Assembly: GCA_964016885.1 (NCBI GenBank)
Contig: OZ024749.1
Coordinates: forward strand, 3,286,001-3,350,000
Origin: Eledone cirrhosa
Lineage: Eukaryota
DNA: 64,000 nt
Direction: 5' to 3'
A program made the translations under genes and the position numbers. Of this stretch, positions 13,811 to 27,691 are shown one piece after another. Position 1 is the stretch's first letter. Each line of letters begins with the position of its first letter. The notes under the pieces are model-generated. The model was not told the origin of the DNA. It did no database searches and saw only the letters and a program-made list of their open reading frames with translations.

Positions 13811-14214
13811 TGTGCTTGCATGTGTATGTGTATTGCTCCCGTGATTTGCAGCGTTTCAAATGTATTGTGCGGTGAGTGCTAATAAAAATCTATAGCGCTT
13901 AAAGCATGTTCTAAAGGTTTAAGTCACGTGCGATGCATGTGAACGTATTCATAATTTTATTAAAATATACTTGAAAAGAAAGTGTGTGTGTGTCTGTGTG
14001 TATGTGTATGTGCGTGTGTGTGCGTGTGTATACTTGCATGGTTTCAAGAAAAATTGCGTCCGTAGGTAGTATGCCGATCTTTTGATTACAGAGTCGTGTT
14101 CGATCTATAATAGGTCTTTCCTCCAGCTGATCGATAGTGAAACATGTGTAATATATTATTAATATGTTATGGAACAACACTGAATCCTTGTTCTTTTACT
14201 CTTGTAGTATATAT

Positions 14215-14265
<51 letters not shown>

Positions 14266-15149
14266 AAAGTTCAATTTAAATTGTTGGGATACATATATAT
14301 ATATATATTATTCAGAATATTAATAAATGTAGACATTCACATAATCAACATATATGTTTTATTATATATATTTCAAAGGTACTGTGCTTTTGTTTCAGTA
14401 CATCCTCGGCATGTAAAATACATGAATTTGTGTGTGTGTATGTGTGTTGTGTAAAATGTATTTAAATATATTTGAGTGACTGTATATGCGTCTGTTTATG
14501 TTTATTTAGAAAGATACATAGACAATTATAATTACAGACACACATACATTTACACAGACATATATATAAACAATATAAAGAAACACAATATTACATACAC
14601 ACACGAAAGGAGGCTGTGACAAACTATAGAAAACAGCGAACAGTGTTCGCTACACCCGTGTTACTCATACATATAAATGTATACATATGCATACACACAC
14701 ACACATATATACACACACACGAATACTCACACACACACACATACTCACATGTATATGTTTGTGTAGATGTGTGTGTATGTAATAATTACTTTTAACCAGC
14801 TCTCTTTCAGTGACTTAAATCAAATGCATTCAAATACGATAATCGATGTCACATCTCAAAATACAACCATTAGCTAACATCTACACAAACATATAGAGAC
14901 TCATTCGAGAAAATAATTATTGTCTGAGTGTATCATGAATATAAAACGACCACAGTTGAAAGGTATATTATAAATACATATCAACCCTTAATTTAACAGT
15001 TCATACATGTGCATAATTTATTTATATTAATAAATGTATGCAATAGATTTTAAATAGGGAGTTTTATAACATCAACTATAAGTCACAGCCTGCTTTTTGT
15101 GGCTTTCAGTCGTACGAGTTTAGGTTAGTTTCAGTAATTGAGAACGCAA

Positions 15150-17720
15150 TTGAAAGGAAACGTCGTTTAGCGAGAGAGAGGAAGAGGGATAGAAGAGCAA
15201 GCTTCTCAGTTGAAAGATCTGCTGCCATCATAAACCAAAGCAGAATTTGAAAAGCACCTCACCGTGAAAATATAATTAATTCTGAAACTGATGCAAGGAG
15301 AGAATATCAGAGAGAAAGAATTTCGCAAAAGATTGCAAACGAAGCAGAAGAAGACGGCAAAAGACGACCAATGTAATGAGAGCTGCCCGGTGAATGATGC
15401 AGGTTTTATACCTAATAATTGTTTCTATTTTTGGCACAAGGCCAGCAATTATCCAGTACATTACTGGTACTTGACTTTATCGACCCAGTAAGGATGAAAG
15501 GCAAAGTTAACCTCGAAGGAATTTGAACTCAGATCATAAATGGACGTAACTCTATGCTTCAAAGGATGGTGTCCGACACTCTAACCATACTGCCAATAAT
15601 AACACATATTCAGAAAACAGAGTTCCCATTCATGACTGTGGAAATATGGACTGCAATTGTCAGTCTTGCCCAGGAAAACATTTTTCTGCAGAGAAATCAT
15701 CAGTAGGACGTTTTAATAATTGTTGTCACAAAAGCAAAATTTGACGTCCTATCAGAAGAGAATTTCCATCATATTTAGTTTCATTGTTATCTGATCAAAA
15801 TCCTCCTCATTATAGGAATTTGAAAGAAAACATTCGGTCATATAACTATCATTCGCTTAGGTTGGTGCTCAAGCTCAGAATCCACAAGGAAAAGGCTCAT
15901 TTTGTTTCCGCGTGTATGGACAAATTTACCACAGAACTTCACATATTCATCCAAATGAAGGCAATCGAAGACAATATGCTCAGCTTTATGTTGTAGACAG
16001 TGGCCAAGCAACACGAATAAGAGCTCAGAATCACGCCAATTCAAGCTGCTTCTAAGAAGTGCTCGAAAACTGGGATAATATTATTCGTAGAGATAATGTG
16101 TATGCTCAGTCTTTTCAAACACTTCGTGAAAGTGAAGTACAGGTCGAACAGTGTGCTCAAGATGAAAACATTGATATACCAAGCGTCTAATTAGTATTCA
16201 CTAGAGATCGTAATACCGACAAAAGGAGATACAATTTGCCAACAGTCAATGAAATTGCTATTATATTCGGAAACGAAGAAGGCGAACCAGCATTTCGTAG
16301 AGATTTTAAAGTATATCCAAGGAACACTGAGGCTGCTACTATAGATCTCAACATCTTGAACTCAAATCTTGATCCAATGACGTACGTATTGTTTGGCAAC
16401 AAGGATGATAACCAAACATGATTAGAAATCGTGATGACCAGCAACATCAAATCATTTCAATGCTCCAACATAAAATATCTTTAACTCATGTAAGGGATAA
16501 TGAATTCAATCCCCTTTTGCACGGAGGAAAACATTTTCAACAGTGAGTTGTAGATTCTCAATTACAAGTTGAAGCTAACAATTTAAATTATATACGAACA
16601 CAACAAAACCTTCTGAAAGTGGAACAATATCAAGGACTTACTGACCATGTAGCCAATGCAGCAAATATTGAAGATGCTCGATTCGGAGGGACAGTCATTC
16701 TTCCATCATCATTCCAAGGATCAGCAAGAAATATGAGAGAGCCGTACCAAGATGCATTAGCATTTGTGAGAAGATTTGGTCCACCTGATATATTTCTTAC
16801 ATGCAACCCTAATTGGCCCAAGATACACAACAAACCTTTCCCAGGTCATACAGCCTCCAGTAGACCAGATTTAGTGGCTCGAGTGTTCAACATTAAGTTG
16901 CAGGAACTAATAATTGATGTAACAAAAATATATGTGATTGGCTGAGTTGTCGAACATTGTTACACCATAAAATTTCAGAAGAGAGAACTGTTGTATGCCC
17001 ATTTATTATTAATATTGCACCCAGAATATAAACCAGACTCAACTGAAAGAATTAACAAAATTGTGTGTGCTGAAATTCCTGACCGAGAGACAGAACCAGT
17101 AATTTATAAAATTTTTAAGAAATTTATGATTCACGGTCCTTGTGGTGAATAAAACCCGAGATGGAGACTTACCGATATATCCAACTGTTGAAAGGTTGGT
17201 TGACGAAAGTGACGAGAATATCATGCATTATCCGGAAGAGCTTTTGAATTCTCTGCTGCCGTCAGGCATACCCCTATACAATCTAGCACTAAAGAAAAAT
17301 TCCATTGTGATTTTGCTGAGAAATTTGGATCCTGCTAATGGCTTGCTGAATGGTACTCGATTTTTGGTTTTATCTTCTAATGAATTTTATGTTCATATAA
17401 AAATCATTACTGGCAATAAAGAAAGAAATGAAGCTTTCATACTACGAGTTGACCTGTGTCCGAATGACACTTATCTAACCTTCCATATGAGCAGATGGCA
17501 GTTCCCTATGATACCAGCTTTTGTCATGACCATAAAGATATCGCATGGACAGAGCTTCTAAAAAGTTGGTTTGTACTTGCCAGTTCCCATATTTAGTCAC
17601 GGCAAGCTTTATGAGGCCTTAATTCGTACAAGAAGGAAGGAAAACTTAAACATTCTTTTGAAGGAAACAAGCAGTAAAGGTATGATAGATGCAGATAGAT
17701 TTTTCACAAAAAGATTTTGT
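15150..17720 (+). pseudogene. Decayed Helitron RepHel (HUH Rep + PIF1 helicase C-terminus), internally deleted, with a SINE insertion
   Basis: Fragments ENIRSYN, RYNLPTVNEIAIIF, LPSSFQGSARNM, DIFLTCNPNW (Rep motif I), RPDLVARVF, KFQKRELLYAHLL (decayed motif II), MIHGPCG. These are followed by ILLRNLDPANGLLNGTR, QFPMIPAFVMTIKISHGQSF and FSHGKLYEAL. Many stops and frameshifts. Confidence 0.93.
15413..15597 (-). mobile_element. Nin-type SINE inserted in the Helitron ORF
   Basis: Family similarity; interrupts the RepHel N-terminal region. Confidence 0.85.
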
Positions 17721-17804
17721 AATAAAAGAATTATTAAACTAAAAATTTGGTTTTCTACCCTTTTTATATATAAAATACTGCAATTAGCCGTCATTTTTGA
17801 TGAC

Positions 17805-17850
<46 letters not shown>

Positions 17851-19250
17851 TTATGTGTGTGTGTGTGTAAGTAAATAAAAATATAGTGATATTTCTAAAA
17901 CAGTTACATGTGGGGTTTAGCACGTAAGTATATAGTATAGAGCTCTATCTTGGCTCCACTGTATTCTGGGTTTCTTGCTTTAACGATCTAAAGGAGGTGA
18001 TAATGCAAATATAGACGCCACGGTAAACCTGAAATTCGATCAAAATTCTAGTCCTATAGTCTAATTTTCTATCGTTTGTTTCTGCACATTTCACAGTTTT
18101 GAAATTATAAACATATTATTATCAGTACTGTTCTTTGAAGGCAACATCGGAACACCATACTGTCAGAAAAAAACCCCTCATATTTTCTGTTTTAACTCGC
18201 TCTTTCAATTTCATTATTTCTTACTCCCGAATTCCCGAATTTCATAGTAAAAAGTGTTAACCGATTAGCTTAAAAACATCTTCCACAATGCAACTGCTAA
18301 CTCAATATTCTTAATTTCTATTTCTCGGTCTTCTTTTCATTCATCGTTTCCTCATAGATCACATTCACACGACAACGGAAATTCTCTCTCTTCGATTTCA
18401 CTGAATTGCGTATAATATAATTTCCTTAACCCATTGGAGTTTAAGCACTTAATGAGTTTAAGAGAATGAAGCCTACTTCTCATATCACATCACTGGCTGG
18501 TTCAATGACTTATTGTGTCATCAGGATGTTGCCCAGGCAATCCTAAATTTTAATCTAAATTTTTATAAAGCGTTATATCGATGCATCGTTGTAGTTTTAG
18601 TTGTATGTTAGACAATATTTTCATATGACGCCATAGTTGAAAATTATCGAATAATTATAAAAAAAAGTTTCGTGGTAATATTTTATTTTTGCTTCATCAT
18701 TTTAGAATGCGTTAATAAAGAGCAATTTGTATAGTTCTTTAGATACTGAGGTTTCAAAAAGTCCATGAAACTCATGAAACTTTCCACCCGTTTTAAGAAG
18801 AAAACCTCTAAGTGATACGTAATTATGCTGGAAATAGCAGCCATGGCTTCCTAAAATGTTATACACTTACTAAAAGAAGGAAAAATAAACCTGGAGTCTA
18901 TGTATTACACCTATATTACCGTCACAGCTGTATCATATATAAACATAATCAAACTCATCCTGATGTTAAATAATAATGTAAAACATGTGATTTTCAAATA
19001 TCAAATATTTGTTTCCTATCCTTATGTTGCTATCCTTTGCCTTAACTTTCCATTACGTTAAGCGAATCAGAATTAAATTGATATTCAAATGGATGTTACT
19101 TGGCTTTCAAAAGATTATAAAAACACGGATTTAAGTATGAACATCATATACATTTCATATTTATATTAAAAACTTCCAACATAATATTACGTAAGAACAT
19201 TTTGATTGATTCAACAATATATATTTTATAAATGCTACAGTTTACTCAAC

Positions 19251-19281
19251 AACCGTGAGCTAATTTTCCCGGGAAACCTAG
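19251..19281 (+). other. Possible Helitron 3' terminus for the RepHel copy
   Basis: Palindrome TTTCCCGGGAAA followed by CTAG|T, about 1.5 kb downstream of the helicase remnant. Confidence 0.4.
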
Positions 19282-20309
19282 TCTGAACTAAAGGCAATAA
19301 ACACATTATTGTAACCAATTCAGTGCTCAATGTACCTGAATATCAATCCTTGTGTGTATGTGTTATATGGTAGGTTTAACGATGTTCTGTAACTCCTGGG
19401 TACATTAACTGTACTGCCAACACTCCCCATCTGATGAGTAGATCTCCCACCCAATTTGTGGTGGATTAGAGATATATTCTCTTGACAAAATGGGTATAGC
19501 TTTCATTATGTAAAATCTGCCAATTTTACATTATTTCTCCTCGTTTTGGGAACCCGTATTTTCATGGTACTCCTCGTTTGGGTTTTTAGAGATTAGTAGG
19601 TCTGCCATTAACGAGACTACGAATCTGCCCATATCCCGTTGTTTGTTATGCCTCACTTTCATTCCTTCCACAGCAGTCTGACTAGACCATAACAAACAGT
19701 TCAAGGTGAAATATGACGTTTTATTTCTGAGAGATTTAGAAGCCAAACAATGTATATGGTAAAAACGTGAAAACATATGATTGTTCAAAATGTTTGAATT
19801 CACTGTATGGTAATTATTTGCTAGTATATGTCTGCTGTAGACGAACAAATATCTCCGCAGAACATTCTTTTGCAAATTATTAAAAACATGCTAATTTATT
19901 AAGTCTTTCGTTAAAATTTACCGTTCTGTGAACAAACCATTGTAAGGTCAACACTTTGGTATAAAAAATGATGATACTCTTTCCATGCTTTTCTTCATAC
20001 GCCTTGTTGGCCTTTAGAAACAAACCCCAAATTTATTAGAACACTATTTTAAAATTGCTCCAACTCTAATTTAAATATTCTTTCAGTCTAGTCTCAGACG
20101 ATCATTATCGATCCTTCTGATCGATCGACAAGAACCCAGACCTCATTCGCTTGTCGAGTGGGGGTGGACATCAGCAAATAGGACCAAGTATACAATATTT
20201 CCATTGGTCTTTCCATTACTGATACTATCTTGCTGTCCCAACTCCTGGCAGAAAGAGCAGCGTAAAATAAAGTACCAGTCTAGTACTACATTTGAACCAT
20301 CCTTTATAT

Positions 20310-20505
20310 CAGGCATGTCACACTGAGGGTCCCCCGAGTGCCACATAGGTCACGTATGTGTTGTTTGAGGGCCACACACGATAACTAATGGCGCACATTA
20401 CAACATTTTAAAAGAATTTATATTATGAATATAAAACATCCTCGCACTGTTAATACATTTGTGTGTTCCTCATGTGGCCCGCGAGTCGCATGTGTGACAT
20501 GCCTG
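20310..20505. mobile_element. hAT-type MITE
   Basis: 14-bp TIRs CAGGCATGTCACAC / GTGTGACATGCCTG. The 8-bp flanks CTTTATAT / CTCCATAT match 6/8 as a TSD. Confidence 0.8.
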
Positions 20506-20779
20506 CTCCATATCTCTTTCACATTTCCTTTCTCTCAGTTTCAAGCCTGGAGAGGGATGGACTCCTCCAAGCTTAACATTCCCTAGAAACACCTTATGGT
20601 AATACGGCGCTCCATCAGTAGTTACGGCGATAACAGAAGAAGAAACTAGTAGATAGTTGAAAAGAAAAAAAAAATGGTTGGCCTGTAAAAACATGAAATT
20701 AAAACCTCATATATTGAACCTAACGCCAATAATGACCTGGAAGTCTTGCTCTACAATGTGCTATCCTTTAAGCTACGGT

Positions 20780-21315
20780 AATAATGGTTTCTTATATCGG
20801 CACAAGGACAGCAATTTGTGAGGAGGGGGAAGTCGATTAATCGACCCAGTGCATTACTGGTACTTTGATTTATCGACCTCGTAAGGATTAAAGGAAAAGT
20901 AAACCTCGGCGGAATTTGAACTCAGAACGTAAATGCCCATGACTCTATGCTATAAAGCACGGTGTCTGACGCTCTACCGATACTGCCAATGCCAAGCTAC
21001 GGTAATAATTACTTCTACTTTGGGCAAAAGGCGGGCAATTATCGCAGTGCGTTACTGGTGCTTTAATTTATCGACCTCGTAAGCAATGAAAGGCAAAGTT
21101 AACCTCGGCGGGATTTGAACTCAAACGGCCATAAATCTATGCTACAAAGCACGGTATCTGACGCTCTACTGATATTGCCAATCCAAAGCTACGGAAATAA
21201 TTGTTTCTACTTTAGGCACTAGGCCAGTAATTACCCAGTGCATTACTGGTACTTTATTTTATCGACCCCGTAAGGATGAAAGGCAAAGTCAACCTCGGCG
21301 GGATTTGAACTCAGA
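20780..21315 (-). mobile_element. Three tandem Nin-type SINEs
   Basis: Units start at ~20780, ~21003 and ~21196; the last is 5'-truncated. Confidence 0.85.
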
Positions 21316-21855
21316 TGATCTTTGTAATGTACTCAGGTATATCTACCCCCGTCGGAGTACAATGAGAAGTTAGAGTATCATAAGCGACTATACCTCCATA
21401 TAGTCGTTTGTACTTTTATAATGTGTGAAATATATAATTAATACGGAAGTTGTGAGGGGTTATTTTCAAGCGTCTGAGTGAACTGTTTATTTTATCAATA
21501 ACCGGAAGGATAAAAGACAGTAGTTTGCTTTGGTCTAGTATTAATGAGACGACGTCAAATTATCCGGAATAATATAATTAGATATAAGATATAAATAGCT
21601 TAATCACGAATGAAGAGAAGCAATACGTTCGTGAGTTGGCAGAATCGTTAGAGCGTAGGATATAATGACATTGAGGTATCTATTCTGGCATAAAATATGA
21701 GGGAGAGTGAAATGGGATTAAATTAAAGCCATATGTTTTACAGTTAATTTATTCTATCGACCCAAGACAATCGAAAGGCGCTGGTGAACTTAGCGGGCTT
21801 TGAAATCCCAAAAGTCGGAACTAATATAGTCACGACCTTTTATTAATAATATAGA

Positions 21856-22038
21856 CGGTGAATTGCCAGTATCGGTAGAGGGTCGGGCGCCATGCTTTCC
21901 AGCATAGTTACGTCCCTTTACGATCTGAGTTCAAATCCCGCCGAGGTTGACTTTGCCTTTCATCCTTACGGGGTCGATAAAATAAAGTACCAGTAATACA
22001 CTGGGTAATTGCTGGCATTGTGCTAAAGTAGAAACACT
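21856..22038 (+). mobile_element. Nin-type SINE
   Basis: Family similarity. Confidence 0.85.
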
Positions 22039-23363
22039 TATTAATAATATAGATGGTAATAAATAATAGACCTGCAAAGCACCTCTGTCAGACGGAGAGA
22101 TCTCCCACCCACTTTGGTGTGGGTGATAGATGTCTTTATTTGTGAAAATGGGTTTAGCTTTAATTTTAAATTTAGTTTTAAAATTTCCCAATTTTGCTTA
22201 ATTTCTCCCCGTTTTGGGGCACTTTGTTTCATGATACACCGCGTTTGGGTTCTTAGAGGTTTCCAGGTTTGAAATATTATAATGTAGATTGCCACAATAA
22301 CAATTTCTAATATTATGATGTCAACTATAGAATATGATAACATAATTATATACTATTTTGAATATGATATAAATTATAGCAATATGTAATTATATATTTA
22401 ATAATTTCGGGGAATGGTTTTCGTTTAAAATTGAATAACTGCCATTGTTATTGGAGCTGGAAAACATATTGAAAACTATATCTACAGATCTGTGATTAAT
22501 ATTATGGAAACATCCCACACTTGATTCTGTGCACACGTCATAGTCAAATGGTAAATGAATTCACTTCAATGCTGCTGCATGAATTCGGTAGACGGCATCT
22601 TGTTTGTAGTATGCCGAACCGACTGAAACTGTAGTTGAACGGGTCAGCATCATCATACAGCCTATCACTGTGAATCTCGCGCTGAATTGCGTTAACAATA
22701 GACTTGTATGTGGGATTCCTCAGCCACATTCACATTAACTTCAAAAACGTGCTGTTCTGTGTGATAACAGCATTGTACCGCATAACTCTGAAACACACAG
22801 TGTTACGTTGCAATATTCAATCATTATTCAAACTTCTCGGTGTATCTAATGTATCATAGCTCGCATATTCAGTGTTATATTTATCCATACCTTTTTGAAT
22901 ATTTGGATCATAAGGAGCATTGACGGGGCAGGATTTCCATCACAACTAGAGTCTACCAAACAGAACTGTAGTTAAGATAAGAGTCTGGGCAGTGTAAACA
23001 TATTTAACCTGGTCGGTTAGACCCTAAACTAGGCTGACCTTTGATGCAATACACTTTCCAGTTTCACTCGTGTCTCCTCGATCACAAACCCTGGTAGAGA
23101 GGAATGGCAGATATCTGAATATCTGGTTATATGAAACATCGCTTCCTTTTCATGCTGGGAATCGTCGCATCGAACGGCGTTTGCGGTTCGAGAGTATTGT
23201 TTTAATGCATTAAATCGGGTGGGTATCCACTATATCGAATAGTCAATTCATATGGAATGTTTCATAAAATAGTTCACCACGGCTGAGCTATCACCATCCT
23301 GTCAGTGGGACATAGTTGAAATATACCACTAAGTCACAACACCTTCCCTTATTCATTATATAA

Positions 23364-23740
23364 GGATTGGCAGTATCGGTAGAGGGTCGGCCATCATGCT
23401 TTGGCGCATAGAGTTACGGCCCATGCCATTCTGAGTTCAAATCCCGCCGAGGTTAACTTTGCCTGTCATCCTTACGGGGTCCATAAAATAACGTACCAGT
23501 AATGCGCTGGATTAATTGCTGGTCTTGTGCCAAAAGTAGAAACACTTATATAATTTTCATAGGCCGGTGGATTGGTCGTATCGGTAGAGCATCGGACAAT
23601 AGGCTTTGTGGCATATTGTTACAGCCCTTTACGTTCTGGATTCAAATCTATTGGGGTTCAGTTAAATAAAGCACTGGCGTCGATTGAATCAATTCTTATT
23701 TCCCCTACACATATCTGGCCTATTACCAAGTGTAGATATA
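23364..23740 (+). mobile_element. Nin-type SINE followed by an older diverged copy
   Basis: 23364-23545 is a clear copy; 23565-23740 is degenerate. Confidence 0.75.
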
Positions 23741-24209
23741 TAGTCAATTTTTCTCACCCGTTCTTTCTCAGTCCTCACTTGTTTATCATTTAAACCTATC
23801 TTTTATATACCTTCACCCTTCAGCAAAATTTATATTATTGATCCAATAGGAATAAGATCACTTCTTTTATAGACGAAATTGTTTGTGATATCATAAATAT
23901 GCCCGAAGTAAAAAGACAACACTACAGATTGTATTGTTGAAATTGAGAAAACTGTCTGTAAGAAATATATCTTCAGATATTTCTTTCGACGAATGATAAA
24001 AGAAAATGTGTAAGCATGTGAAATAACAATGTAATCTACTGAAATATAACTTGAGATAAAGTGAAGATATAATTGCTACAATACTTAACCAACATATATG
24101 TTATACTTTGGAGTTAGCAATATACATTCTAGAACGCAATTTGAACATTAAAGCTAATAGCAAAGATACTGCATACATTGATTATATATATATATATATA
24201 TATATATAT

Positions 24210-24905
24210 CAAATAGAAATTGATTGACATACATATATTTAAAATAAACACATAAACACATGAAACAATCACAGGGGATAATTTATAAAGTGTGTAATCA
24301 CACATAGTTATGTAGGTAACTAATTAAAGTTTAACTAGAGCCTCAAATATTACCTTTTTAAAAAATGATTAATCATCCTTGCATATATTTCATTAAAGAA
24401 ATATATTTCACTGTTAATCCGTAAAGTTACATTAGTCAAATTATGGATCTTCAGCAAGGTTGAAGATTTAACGATCTGTGCTTACACATCTAATGCAAAT
24501 CTGCGAGTGAGCCATCGCACGTGTTGCATTTCTAAAACTACTAACAATATGCTAACGTCACCATATTGGCGTAAATAGTGTGATCGACAGCTATAAATAG
24601 CAGCCGGGTCCTTTCAATTAAATAAGCTCTACAATTAATGAGCCGTTTATATATCTAAAATTAATTTAATTAAATTAAATTAACGGAGACATGCGTCATA
24701 TCCACCGTAGAATCAGCTCAAAGATTCCAATGAATAGATCCGAGCATTTTATATCAACTAGAAATTGATTGACATACATATATTTAAAATAAACACATGA
24801 CACAATCACAGGGGATAATTTATAGTGTGTAATCACATAGTTATGTAGGTAACTAATTAAAGTTTAAGTAGAGCTTCAAATATTACCTTTTTAAAAAATG
24901 ATTTA
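24210..24905. repeat. ~545-bp repeat family in partial tandem; relative at 49115-50160 (tandem + inverted)
   Basis: 24212-24375 recurs at ~24757-24905. 49115 recurs at ~49663, and 49760-50160 is reverse-complementary. Confidence 0.8.
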
Positions 24906-25823
24906 ATTAAAATAAGTTTATATATATATATATAGGAAAATGTATGACCACGACGGGGTCATACACTTTCCTATTACCCACTCAACTACCTTAAGTATTG
25001 AGTACTCTGGTGCGTTATGGCCCATTTGGTTCCTTACCACAAATCCTTCGTTATGCATATATATATATATATATTAATTAATTTATTTATTAGTATAACA
25101 GATTAAAGTTTAAGTAAATAATCGCTGCTTTCACCCTTAACAGGAGCTTCTGAAACTAAAAAAAATCAATCTGTGAACGCAGAAGTAAATATTTCGAAAA
25201 ACGTTGCAACCGAAGGAAAACAGGAAGACGATACTTTGGTTCGTGGAGACGTTACGTTTATATAATTATATGTACACACACACACGCGCACACACACAGA
25301 CAGACACACACACAGACACACACACACCTATATATATTATTTTATGTGTATTTGGTTTATACGTTCGTATGTGTGAGGGTACAGGTGTCGCGCGGGTTTA
25401 TGTATGTGAGCGCGTGTTTATGTGTATGTGCTTGTATACGCATACCATGGCGGGTGTTTCCGCGTATGAATGTGTATGTACCTATATGGATATGTGTATG
25501 TATATATATTTAATTATTGTTGATTTCAATAACCTCTGTAATTTTCGTTCTACTAATTCATTTACATTATTCTTAACTCTGAAGCTGAGAATCATTCGGT
25601 TTCCTAAATAGAATATTACTCTACGACTTCATTTATACCATAGTCGTGGTATTGTCTTTTTGTGTGATTGTTCTCACCGATCTACATAACGACGTATTAT
25701 CTTCGCTTTTTTCTGTTCATTGCCAGGGAACGTATCCACTAACCAGAGTATTGTCTTCCTGTTTTCCTTCGGTTGAAAACGTTTTTCGAAGTATTACTTC
25801 TGCATTCACAGATTGATTTTTTT

Positions 25824-25874
25824 AGTTTCAGAAGATCCCGTTAAGGCTGAAAGCAGCGATTCTTTGTTTAAACT
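25824..25874 (+). ncRNA. Hammerhead-like motif with CAGAAGA core (copies ~25107-25158 -, 33094-33144 +, 43691-43733 +, 59987-60035 -)
   Basis: Consensus AGTTT-CAGAAGA-tCCC(gttaa)GGGt-GAAA-GCAG(cgattct)TTGC-TT-AAACT. Confidence 0.68.
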
Positions 25875-26132
25875 TTAATCTGTTATTTTAATAAATATTT
25901 GCTCTAGGGTTCTTATATATTTGATATATAATTATTCTATCGAGCCCTCTGTGTATTTTAGTCTTCAAATTTATTATTATTAATATATATATATATATAT
26001 ATATATAGGACACATTTTTCCTATTACCCATTCTACTACCCTAAGTATTGAGTACTCTGGTGCGATATGGAACATCTGGTACCTTACTACAATTTCTTCG
26101 TTATATATATATATATATATAACTATCCATAT

Positions 26133-26171
<39 letters not shown>

Positions 26172-26172
26172 C

Positions 26173-26217
<45 letters not shown>

Positions 26218-26218
26218 C

Positions 26219-26275
<57 letters not shown>

Positions 26276-26276
<1 letters not shown>

Positions 26277-26442
26277 TCATACCTACATGGACACACTAGA
26301 AGAGGAAGACCAAGGTTAACGTATGTTGATGCCCTAAGGACAGACACTGGTCTGTTGGACATGCAGGATATGGCAGCGATAATGAGGGACAGAGATCGCT
26401 GGAGAGAACTCGTCCATGGATCTCGGGAATTTTACCCGCCTT

Positions 26443-26443
<1 letters not shown>
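26276..26443 (+). mobile_element. RTE-type LINE 3' terminal fragment within (TA)n
   Basis: Translates [22 protein letters not shown]...IMRDRDRWRELV, a typical RTE C-terminus. Confidence 0.8.
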
Positions 26444-26499
<56 letters not shown>

Positions 26500-26525
26500 C
26501 ATATATATACATATATATATATACA

Positions 26526-26556
<31 letters not shown>

Positions 26557-27041
26557 GAATAAGGAAATACAAAACTTAGATGATAGCGTTCTCCTTTGTT
26601 GATAAGACCGTGATGCATATTTCGATGATGACATTCACTACGCAATTCAGCGTAGAACCCACTGCCCTGCTCTCTTCAAACACCAACTTACATAATAAGG
26701 AGGATTCGCTGTTTTACTCCTTTCTTCACTTTTTTCCCTTTTCCTTCTATTTTCCTTCCCTCCCTCCTCCGTTTTCCCAATAACTTACCTAGTTATTAAA
26801 CGCCCTGGAGGTAGATATATTTTCTTTAATGTGTTGAAACACACACACACACACACACATCACAAAATAAAAAATAAATTATTCATACACTTATTTTCCT
26901 GAGATGGCCCCTTTCCAAATTCCTGATTGAAAGCCATCGCTAATACTATACTCTGTTTTTTTAATTACTCACCACAAAAACACCCGTGACAGACAAACAC
27001 ACACACACGCACACACACGCACGCACGCACACACGCACACG

Positions 27042-27118
<77 letters not shown>

Positions 27119-27369
27119 ACACATTTATAAACACATACCCTCGAAAACCCTGTCCCTGAAATAGAATTTCTTTTACAATCCTATACCTATGACAATTCTA
27201 TATACGTCTCCCTCCTATAGCACATGTCTCTAGATTACGTTCTCCCCCACATCACCACACCCATCTGAACTTTTGACCAGTCCTTTAACACAATTGAGAT
27301 ACACATACATATATATATACAGAACAAATTCCTCGCCCTAAAAATAATTTGTTCTCTGAAAAGACACAA

Positions 27370-27655
27370 CTACCACCACCACCACCACCACCACCACTAC
27401 TACTACTACTACTACCACCACCACCATCACTACTACTACTACTACTACTACCACCGCCACCACTACCACCACCAATACCACTACTAATACTACTACTAAT
27501 ACTACTACTACTACCACCACCACCACCACCACTATTACTACTACTACTAATACTACTACTACTACTACCCCCACCACCACTACCACTACTACTACTACTA
27601 CTACTACCACTACCACCACCACCACCACTACCACTACTACTACTACTACTACCAA

Positions 27656-27690
<35 letters not shown>
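27370..27690. repeat. (CTA/CCA)n trinucleotide microsatellite
   Basis: Direct reading. Confidence 0.95.

Positions 27691-27691
<1 letters not shown>

Noticed and set aside
19425-19450. CTGATGA hammerhead-like heptamer
   Set aside because: Lies in a MITE whose other two copies lack it; no GAAA or stems follow.
22544-22860. Possible host exon (MWLRNPTYK... on the minus strand)
   Set aside because: No recognisable domain, in-frame stop just upstream, no convincing splice sites.
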